64,000 nucleotides of DNA, taken from NCBI GenBank assembly GCA_973895155.1, contig OZ316899.1, positions 15,465,974-15,529,973 of the forward strand, given 5' to 3'. Below are positions 24,094 to 33,060 of the stretch, piece by piece. The DNA is from Marsupella aquatica (lineage: Eukaryota; Plantae; Marchantiophyta). How positions within the stretch are numbered: position 1 is the first letter of the stretch; every line of letters begins with the position of its first letter. The position numbers and the translations under genes were made by a program. The notes under the pieces are model-generated. The model had not been told where the DNA came from. It saw only the letters and a program-made list of their open reading frames with translations, and did no database searches.

Positions 24094-27000
24094 ATGTCAG
24101 CAAAGGAGCCGAGTCATAGCAGCTCATCGCCACCGACACCCAGGTACCACTTGCGGAGTGATCCACGGCCGTTGGTGCCAATTTCATTGGAGTCTCGGCA
24201 ATTTCAACGACGCCAGCAGACAACAGTAGCACCCACACCACGCAATCCTTCTGCTACATTTGGCGGTCGCTTTACCACTACCCCGAAGCCTGCTATCGCT
24301 TCTCTGCCCTTTACTCCTTCTGCATCAGTGATTGTTCCAGCTTCACCGACATACAACATGGATGCTAGTCACTCATCTAGCCACATTGAGCACTTCAGTG
24401 AGCGGCCAGGCACTGTTTCTTTGCCTGAGTTCAAATCCACTTTCTACACTGTCATTTATGAATTGGAGTTAAAGTACGGCAGCAATTTCACAAATGCTTT
24501 TGCATTTAAGCAGCTAGCCAGGTATGTGCACCATGAGGCTTTGGATGTGTGTGAGCAGCATTCTCAATGGCTGCTTGCTGTCACACAGTTGCCTAACCCT
24601 ACCTATGCCAGTGCAATTGCGGCAGCCTCACAATTGGACTTACAGAATGCCATTGCAGCCCATGCTGCTGCTCCTGCCACTTCCCCTCCTACTCCAGTTC
24701 CTACCACTGCGCCAGTTACTCCCACTGTCTTGACACAGGCTACATCAGGCATTTCTCCCACCATTGATTCTCCTGCCTTTGCTGATCCAGTGGCTGAGTT
24801 TTTCCAGGTTCTTGAATTGGAATTCCCAATCAAGAGTGCTGACAAAATCATGCAGTTGGCCACCTTTGTGAGGCAGCGCGATGAAACCTTGAAGATGATG
24901 TATCGCCGGCTTCTCAAGCTGAAGGAGGACACCCAGAGCATCACTGACCTGGAAGCTACTCATTGCTATCTTCGAGCATTGGAGGGCACACCAGCTCTCC
25001 ATTCGCAAGTATTGCAGCAAGTATTCTCAGAGTTTGGAGACAACTACACCCTGCTCAATGTCTATGACACTGCTGAGAAACTTGAGTTGGCCCATGCACA
25101 TTATGAGGCCAGTATTGCACGTCCACCGCGATCCAGGTACCAGACTGCTGCCCCTACACTGGGCACCCCTTCCCGTGTGCCACAGTATGGTTCCAAGACC
25201 AAGCCAGCCCATGCCGCTTTCATGCTGCCATCTTGCAACTACTGTGGTAACCCCAATCACAAGGCTAATGAATGTGATATTGTTGTTGAGGACCTGTCTT
25301 ATGATTTTTGCGGGAAAGTGGGTCACTTGGAGGCAGTTTGTTTTGCCAAATTCCTAGAGAGGAAGCAGCTACGACAGCAGGCCCCTCATCCTGCTCCTGC
25401 TTCCACTCCCCCACCAGCTAGGAGGGCTCCTATTGCCTCAGTTGCTCCTCCTTCCAGTGGCAAAGGACCCGGTGCCAACAAATCGCCCAAGCAGCAACAG
25501 AAGCAACCAGCTCAAAAGGAGGCTCACAACACACAGGCAACTCAACTCCAGTCTCTGACTCATGAGGTTGAGTCCCTACGTGCCCAACTTGCCAACATCA
25601 AAGGCAAGTCAACTGCCTCTGCTGGTCCTTCTCAACCGGCTGGTCACGTGCAACCCATCCCTGGCCCAGGCACCACTGACAGTTCAGCACCTCTACCCCG
25701 CTCTTTCTATGGCTTGCCATTTGATGCTCATATGGGTGAGTGTGTGCTGTCCTCTGCTACACAGCCTGGCCTTACAGCAAAATTTTCAGATTCATTCTGC
25801 CCATCCTATTTTGCTTACCAGCAAGCCAGTGCTGCCTCCCGTATTGCTCCCACACGCCGCATTGTACAGGCTGATGGTCTTGCTGCCGGTCCTATGACTA
25901 GAGCTAGGGGAGCTCGGGCTGTCCTGCCCCAATCTTTTCAGCCACTCACACTTCCTGAAGAGCGCACCTTCTTGGCGAGGGGGGAGGGAGCTGCAGCCAC
26001 ATCCATTCCACCACCAGGTGCTGCTGACATTTCACATGGAGTTGTTTCTCCTAAGCTGCTTGAGCATTTCACCTCCGGTATGGCACAAAGGATTCTTACA
26101 ACTCCACTTTTCAATTGCCATGATTTACAACTGGATGCTAGAGCTGTCATGAGAGTGCTAGAGGGCTCACTGCATTCTTCATCAGCTCCAGTGCCACCGG
26201 TTTTGGAGGTCCAATCTCATGTACATGCTAGACCTTCTTCTTCTCCATTACATGCTTCCACTAGTTTGGCTATCCCAGTACCAATTTTCAGTGGTAGAGA
26301 TGACAGTATTGCTGCAAATTGTGTGACCAGAGCTACACTTGATTCTGGTCATGTTGCTCCATCTTTCCTGGCTATGCTATTGAGTGGGAAGACCATGGAC
26401 ACTAACTCCCTTCACAAGGTACCTCATCATTTGCCAAAAGTGGTGCCTAGTGACAGGACTTTAGTTTCCACCACCATTGCCATTGTTGACAACAGGAATT
26501 CAGCGGACAAGTTGGAGGGTCACACTCCTCAGGTGGTCATGCTAGACACAGGCACTCAACCAGTGATATTGGACATTCAGTTTGCCAAGAAGATGGGACT
26601 GCTGACTGTTCATTTACAGCAATCCATGTGGCACATTCGGACTGCTAGTGGCATTGTGGAGGATGTGCTGGGTGAGAGTTCTACTTTACTCACTCTCACT
26701 TTTAATAGAGGTACAGATCAGGAATTGCATTTCCCAGTCAGATGTTTGGTTACCAATGCCATTACGTATGATGTGCTCATTGGCCAGGAGGCTTTGTTCC
26801 CACCAGGTTTTACCATTGACAACTGGCATGAGCATGCATACTACAGAGTTGATTGGCATACGGATGGCTCACACTTGGGCTACATTCCACTTGATTTGCA
26901 TGGTGCCCATACACCTATGGCTCACCACTATGTGTTGAAAGTAGTGCACACAGCTACCTATGTCAACCACCCATTGCAGGATTGGATTGAGGAGGATGAT

Positions 27001-27396
27001 GCTGAGGTGGCTACTGCACATGCTGCTGCACGTATAGCAGCACTTTCCAGCAATGTGGATCATCAACTAGAGGTGGTACAACGGCTCCAAGCAGCCCATG
27101 GACCTTTGGTGACTGCATTGCGCAAATTTGAAGACCTTGGGCAGCACAATGGCCAACCAATAGCCCCAATCTTGAGCGCACCAGTTACATGGACTGCTCC
27201 TTCAGATGACCTTACATTGCTTGAGCTTTTTGGTGGCATTTCTACAGGCCTGGAAGCTCTCCTACAGTCTGGCATGGTGGTGAAGCACTACATCTATGTG
27301 GATATTGATCCAAGTGCAAGGCAAGTGGCTGAATCCCGTCATCAGGTCCTATTCCTAGTGTTGCCAACTACACATTCATCGTGGGCAACCACCTGA
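24094..27396 (+). CDS. gag: Gag (zinc knuckles) - aspartic protease - N-terminal fragment of C5 DNA methyltransferase
   Basis: 1100-aa ORF with CNYCGNPNHKANEC, DFCGKVGHLEAVC, VMLDTGTQ...YDVLIG, and LLELFGGISTGLEAL...YIYVDID near the end. Confidence 0.85.
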   Translation: MSAKEPSHSSSSPPTPRYHLRSDPRPLVPISLESRQFQRRQQTTVAPTPRNPSATFGGRFTTTPKPAIASLPFTPSASVIVPASPTYNMDASHSSSHIEHFSERPGTVSLPEFKSTFYTVIYELELKYGSNFTNAFAFKQLARYVHHEALDVCEQHSQWLLAVTQLPNPTYASAIAAASQLDLQNAIAAHAAAPATSPPTPVPTTAPVTPTVLTQATSGISPTIDSPAFADPVAEFFQVLELEFPIKSADKIMQLATFVRQRDETLKMMYRRLLKLKEDTQSITDLEATHCYLRALEGTPALHSQVLQQVFSEFGDNYTLLNVYDTAEKLELAHAHYEASIARPPRSRYQTAAPTLGTPSRVPQYGSKTKPAHAAFMLPSCNYCGNPNHKANECDIVVEDLSYDFCGKVGHLEAVCFAKFLERKQLRQQAPHPAPASTPPPARRAPIASVAPPSSGKGPGANKSPKQQQKQPAQKEAHNTQATQLQSLTHEVESLRAQLANIKGKSTASAGPSQPAGHVQPIPGPGTTDSSAPLPRSFYGLPFDAHMGECVLSSATQPGLTAKFSDSFCPSYFAYQQASAASRIAPTRRIVQADGLAAGPMTRARGARAVLPQSFQPLTLPEERTFLARGEGAAATSIPPPGAADISHGVVSPKLLEHFTSGMAQRILTTPLFNCHDLQLDARAVMRVLEGSLHSSSAPVPPVLEVQSHVHARPSSSPLHASTSLAIPVPIFSGRDDSIAANCVTRATLDSGHVAPSFLAMLLSGKTMDTNSLHKVPHHLPKVVPSDRTLVSTTIAIVDNRNSADKLEGHTPQVVMLDTGTQPVILDIQFAKKMGLLTVHLQQSMWHIRTASGIVEDVLGESSTLLTLTFNRGTDQELHFPVRCLVTNAITYDVLIGQEALFPPGFTIDNWHEHAYYRVDWHTDGSHLGYIPLDLHGAHTPMAHHYVLKVVHTATYVNHPLQDWIEEDDAEVATAHAAARIAALSSNVDHQLEVVQRLQAAHGPLVTALRKFEDLGQHNGQPIAPILSAPVTWTAPSDDLTLLELFGGISTGLEALLQSGMVVKHYIYVDIDPSARQVAESRHQVLFLVLPTTHSSWATT

Positions 27397-28915
27397 GTAA
27401 AAGACAGAAGGACCAGCTGCTGAATTTGCTCCTCAAGCATGAGAACGTGTTTGCTTTCTCTATGAAGGACTTGGGTAAGTGCAAGACTATGCAGTTCTCC
27501 ATTGAGTTGGCTGATGAAACACCTATCTTCAAGCGGAGACACCGTTTGAGTAAGCATGAGTGGCAGCTGGTGGATGAGAGGTGCCAAGAGCTCTATGAAG
27601 CTGGTCTTATTCAACCATCTACATCAGATTTTGCAGCAGCTACAGTGATGTCAGCAAAGAAGGATTCCAGTGGATTATGGACAGAGAAGCGCATGTGTGG
27701 GGACTACAGGCCACTGAACCTGGTCACACCCCAGGACAGGTACCCCATGCCATAGCCAGAGGAGCTAATTGACAGCATTGGAGACTCAAACATCTTCACT
27801 CTTGTAGATCTAAGGCAAGGCTTTAACCAGATTTTGCTGCTTGCAAAGGACCGCAAGAAAACAACTTTCCATGGTAGTAACCAACTATGGGAGTGGTTGG
27901 TGATGCCATTTGGCTTGAAGAATGCGCCCATATTCTTTCAAAGAGTCATGGACCAGGTTCTTCAAGGTGCTGAGTTTATGAAATGCTACATTGATGATGT
28001 GTTGGTCCACAACAAAGGATTTGACCAGCATCTACTTGACCTTGAGGAGCTATTCATGAGGCTTAAGAAGGTGAACCTAAAGATACACCCCAAGAAGTGT
28101 GAATTTGCTGTTAGATCAGTAGTATACCTTGGGCACCGCATTCTTCCAAATGGAACCATGGCTCACTGGGCCAAGGTGGTATCCATCTTGGAAATGCCCA
28201 CTCCTACCGATGTTCACACTTTGAGGAGTTTTATTGGGTTATGCAATTCCTACCGGATCTACGTCAAAGATTTCAGCACCATTACACACCCATTGTATGC
28301 TTTGTTGAAAAAGAATGTGACTTGGACATGGAGTACAGATGCTGAGGCAGCATTTGCCACTTTGAAGGAGAAGCTCTCAGCATACCCGATGCTGAGAAGA
28401 CCTGATTTCAGCAAGGTCTTTGTACTACACACAGATTGGAGTGCCCTTGGGATTGGTGCCATTCTGGGCCAGCATGATGAGGAAGGTATAGAGTACGTCA
28501 TTGCTTATGCATCCAGGAGCAACAATCAGGCCGAGAATCATTATTCTTCTTATGAGGGTGAATGCCTTGTTGTTGTGTGGGCTGTCATACATTACAGGCC
28601 CTACCTCTATGGGACCAGGTTTGTTCTCTACACCGACCACCAGCCCTTGAAGTGATTGATGACCAACGACAAGCTTATTGGCAAGCTTGCTCGTTGGGTG
28701 CTCATACTCCAGGAGTATGATTTTGAGGTAATTCATAGGCCTGGTGTGACACATCAAAATGCTGACACTATGTCCCGCAGCCCTTTGATTGCCTCTGATG
28801 ATTCTTCAGATGCACGGCAGGATTTTGACCAGGTTTCCATCCTGCCTACATTTCATGCATCTACCTATCTTGCTTTGCTGCCATGCTACGTTGTTGATCA
28901 ACCTGTGGTGGACAT
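27381..28915 (+). pseudogene. pol: Ty3/gypsy reverse transcriptase and RNase H
   Basis: RMCGDYRPLN, VMPFGLKNAP, CYIDDVLV, LHTDWS, YEGEC, YTDHQPL; a few in-frame stops. Confidence 0.92.
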
Positions 28916-30355
28916 ATGGGAGGACAGCGACACTCTGAGATTTTTGCAGCATGGGGAGTACCCCATACATGTTACTGCAACCCAGAGAGACCAATTCAGC
29001 AAAGGTCCAAGCATTACTTGTGGAAGGGAGATCATCTCGTGCGCTGCTTGCCAGACAGGGAAGTGGTGGTTCCACCCATTCATGAGAGGGTTGGCCTTAT
29101 CCGTAAGGTACATTCTAAGCTTGGTCATTTTGGCGTTAAGAGGACTTACAGCCACTTGGTCCCTCATTATCATTGGAGAGGCATGCATGGCCAGGTTCGA
29201 GATGTTATTGCCCGGTGTGAACAGTGTGATAGGGTGAGGACTTCTTTTACATCTCGGCAACCCACACTTCATCCACTCCCTATTTAGGGCATGTTTTATT
29301 GTTGGTCATGTGATTTGGCTGGAGAATTACCCCTCACATCTCGGGGTAATCTCTACATCATGATCATGATAGAGCATTTCTCCAAGTGGATAGAATTTGT
29401 GGCATTGCCGGATAAGACCTCTCGTAGCACCAGCCAAGCATTCCTACAACAAGTTCTCAGTCGCTTTGGAGCTTGTGCAGAATGTCTCACTGACCAGGGC
29501 TCAGAGTTTAGAGGAGAGTTCCAGGAGCTGCTTGATCAGGCCCTCATTGATCATCGCCGGACATCACGAGATCACCCACAGGCAGATAGCTTGGCAGAGC
29601 GCATGGTTCAGACATGCAAGAAGGGTCTCCAGAAGATTTGCCTCACCAAAAACAAGGAGGATTGGGACCTGGCCTTACCCTACATTGCCATGGGGTATAG
29701 GATGTCCAGACATGCATCACTGTCTAACTTTTCTCCCTTCTTCTTGTTGTTTGGTCGTCACCCAGTTCCACCTTCTGCTACTGCTGCTCACATGCTTCAG
29801 GTGGTGGACTTGGATTCAGTTGTGACTTGGTCTGACGTGATCTCTGAGAGGGCTGCCCTATTTAGGAGGGTTATGCCCATGGCCATGGAGAATTTGGCCA
29901 TTGCACAGCACAGGGACACTGCGTTATGCACACACACAAGGGGGCACTTTTCAGCCCAAGGTCAGAAGTTTGATGTGGGGGATTTTGTGTACTTGCAGCG
30001 GCAAGCTAACGACACCCTGGACACCTCTACCAGTCGTACCATTCTTAGGGTTAAGGCTATTCGACCGTCTGGAGTGCTAGAGTTACAAGGGGCAAATGGG
30101 TGCACAATTGCTGACAATGCCAAGAATTGCGCCCCTTGTCATCTGCCCAACCTGGATCCCACCATTGTGACTTCTACCTGGATTCCACCTGTGGACTACC
30201 CTTGCAAATTGTGTTTGCAAATTGATGATGCTGACCAGATGCTGCTATGTGATAATTGCAATGGAGGGTACCATCTTTTCTGCCTTCGGCTTGAACTTAC
30301 CCAGGTGCTAGAAGGGTTATGGTTTTGCCCGTCCTATGCTCCACGTGCTACCTGA
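28916..30355 (+). pseudogene. pol: DDE integrase (H2C2 + core) with C-terminal PHD finger
   Basis: HSKLGHFG..CEQC; CDLAG / TDQGSEF / AERMV triad; CKLC..DDADQMLLCDNCNGGYHLFC....WFCP. Confidence 0.92.
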
Positions 30356-30387
30356 CTTTTCTTCAGCCCTCCTTTTGGCTGTGGTCT

Positions 30388-30394
30388 GGGGGGG
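30388..30394 (+). promoter_or_regulatory. PPT-like G7 tract
   Basis: Directly abuts the start of repeat B1. Confidence 0.6.
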
Positions 30395-30570
30395 ATACAG
30401 AGGTTTACACCTCCACTACGTACATACCACCTCATTTCCTTTTTCTTGGCACTTGTAAATGTGATGAGACTTTTTCTATGCATGCTGGTTGCTAGCAGCT
30501 TGCACATATGCCTTGCCGGTGACTTGTATGTTTTCGATACTCTATGGCTTCGATACTATATGTCACGATA
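30395..30570 (+). repeat. Split direct repeat B1
   Basis: 176 bp, ~6 mismatches to 30931-31106. Confidence 0.95.
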
Positions 30571-30572
30571 GC

Positions 30573-30930
30573 TGTCATGCTGAGGGACAGTGCCTCTTAT
30601 GCACATTGGCATATCCCTCTCATGCCCGCTAGGTATGTAGTTAGGGCTAGTGTACTACCTGAGTTAGCGACATGTTCTTATAGCAAATTCCAGGCGTTCT
30701 TGAAGCAAACGCGCTTGTTAGTGTGACGCCAGGACTTTGTGTACTTAGGACATGTCTTTCTTTGTTGGTTTTTAGTTCTTCTTGAATCGCTGTTGACAGA
30801 GCTCAGACAGTGCTCGTCGGTTCCGTACACGGGATTCACACAGTGATTCGTTAGATGCTCCCGACCAATCTTGGCATCTCGCCAGTTTTTTATTTGATTT
30901 CAGTATGCTTGTTTCTCTTACGCCTTTTAT
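30573..30930 (+). repeat. Split direct repeat A2
   Basis: Copy of 22375-22732; separated from B1 by the dinucleotide GC. Confidence 0.95.
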
Positions 30931-31106
30931 ATACAGAGGTTTGCACCTCCACTACGTACATACCACCTCATTTGCTTTTTCTTGGCACTTGTAAATGTGA
31001 TGGGACTTTTTCTATGCATGCTGGTTGCTAGCAGCTTGCACATATGCCTTGCCGGTGACTTGTATGTTTTTGATACACTATGGCTTTGATACTATATGTC
31101 ACGATA
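30931..31106 (+). repeat. Split direct repeat B2
   Basis: Copy of 30395-30570; followed by TSD GGGT. Confidence 0.95.
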
Positions 31107-31131
31107 GGGTCATGTTACACCCAAGGGGGAG

Positions 31132-31284
31132 TGTTATAACCCATACCTAAACCTACCCTACCTAGGGTTAAACCCTACTACAGTTAGGCCCAAATCCAAC
31201 CGCCTAACTACCTAGCCACCATAGGAGCTATATGTAATGTTGGGATGATGAATGAAGGTATTAGTTGTTCCACACCTTACAACA
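31132..31284 (+). repeat. 3' LTR of Bianca-2
   Basis: PPT before, TSD ATTAC after. Confidence 0.95.
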
Positions 31285-31289
31285 ATTAC

Positions 31290-33060
31290 GTATTACTAGA
31301 ACCAGTTGGCGTGTATCCCGGCGGGACAGGAGACCCTACATACGCAGCTTTACAACTTTATAGTGAAGCTCCCGCCGTTGCTCAGGGAAAAGTTACAGGA
31401 AAAGCGTCACGAGTTTAAAATGCTTTTTGACGCCTTCGACAAGGCCACTACGTTGGTGAATAACCGGACAGACTTGGCAAAGGTGGGTGGCAAGGGATCC
31501 AAGGGAGAAGCTAGGAAAGCAAAAGGTCCCGAGAATAAGCATAAGCAACTTGAGGGGGGGGGCGGTGGTTTGGATCCCCAGCCCCGGAATGGAGAAGCTA
31601 AGCAAATCCAGGAAGGCCGACAACTTCAAGAAAGGAACCTCATCGGCGCAAAAAGCAAAGAAGCAGGCGCTCGTGGAACAGAGACAAGCTGAAGGTTCAT
31701 GCTACACGTGTGATGCTATGGGCCATCAAAGTAAGGACTGCCCCTCGAAGGGAGGCAAGCCGAGCGGAGATGGAGGGCAGAAGAGCATTAAGGTAAGTAT
31801 CGCTCTAACCAACCCTTAGTAGCTGAGAAGGTCCCTATAGGGGATGTTCCTGCTAGAGAGAAGGTGTTGTTGCAAGAGAAGATACCTAAAGTTAAGACAA
31901 TGGATCCTGACAAGCTGATTTTTGTGAATGTCACTTCTAACAGTAATCTGGGTGTTGCTTTGGTGGATACAGGCGCGGCCGCCTGCTTCATAAGCTGGCA
32001 GGCAGTGGCACGTCTTGGGGTGGACGTGCAAGAGTTGCTACAACCTTTAGTGTGCAAGTTCGCCAACAACACAAAAGGGATATTGTCAAGAGTGGTACAT
32101 AGACTTTGGGTAGAGGTTATAGGCAAACAACAAAATTTTGTTAGTCAGGAGATGTTCTACGGTCTAGGCGGTCTAGCCGTAGACTTCATATTGTCGGTAG
32201 GTTATCTCAAAAAGCACAATGTTACCTTGAAACCGAGGGATGAGGTGCTCCATTTTCCCAATAAGAGCAGTGAGCACATCGTTGTACACAAAATTACTGA
32301 AAATAAAGAAAAAATTCTCAAAGTAAATAAAGTGTCGTGGTTGTCTCCGTGTGTATCGGCAAAGCAATGGTGGAAAGACTTCAAGGGTGGACATGAATGT
32401 TTCTTCTTTCATCTCCACCCAGTTAAGGAGGTTGCTTCGCAACCAAAGGTTAAGTCAGCTAAGGGCGGGCCCGACTGCGGTTGAATTCCTGAAATTTTAG
32501 AGGAATTCAATGACATGCTCTTGCAGAAGCTACCTAAAGGTTTACCCCGACGGAGAGAAGTGGATCACCAAGTTGAGTTGGAGCCAAGTTTGGCTTCTTA
32601 GGCTAAAGCTCCTTATTGTCTAAACCTGAATGAACAAATGATGTTGAAGAACGCCTTGGAAGAGTTGATCGACTAAGGGTTCATTCATCCTAGTAAGAGT
32701 CCTTATGGAGTGCCCGCACTGTTTGTGTCCAAAAAGGATGGTACTTTGAGATTGTGTGCAGACTATCGGGCCCTCAATAAGCAAATGATAAAGAACAAGT
32801 ACCCATTACCTCATATGGATGACCTCTTTGATTGCCTCTTCAGGGCTAAGAAGTTTTCTAAGGTGGACTTGCGATCTGGGTATTACCAGATCCGCATGGC
32901 TAAGGGAGACGAGTATAAGACCGCAATGCGCACAAGGTTTGGATCCTGCAAATTTTTGGTTATGCCGGTCAGGTTGTGTAATGCAACCGCAACGTTCATG
33001 AAGATGATGAATACGATCTTTCATGACTTGTTGGACCAAGGAGTGGTCATCTTTATTGAC
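31290..33060 (+). pseudogene. gag-pol: G1 gag 3' part, protease and N-terminal RT
   Basis: [55 protein letters not shown]. Confidence 0.9.

Larger units (their letters stand above)
22375..31106 (+). mobile_element. Ty3/gypsy-type retrotransposon with split direct repeats (A-internal-B-A-B), C5-methyltransferase remnant and PHD-finger integrase
   Basis: Flanked by GGGT duplication (22371-22374 and 31107-31110) inside the Bianca-2 3' UTR; gag-PR-(MTase)-RT-RH-INT-PHD order; repeats A (358 bp) and B (176 bp). Confidence 0.9.
16598..31284 (+). mobile_element. Ty1/copia Bianca lineage (Bianca-2), inserted in G1 gag and carrying an 8.7-kb insertion
   Basis: 152/153-bp LTRs; perfect TSD ATTAC (16593-16597 and 31285-31289); PBS CGTTATCAGCACGA; PPT AAGGGGGAG. 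Confidence 0.95.

Noticed and set aside
22375-31106. DIRS/Ngaro element
   Set aside because: No tyrosine recombinase seen; protease, gypsy RT, DDE integrase and a TSD are present.
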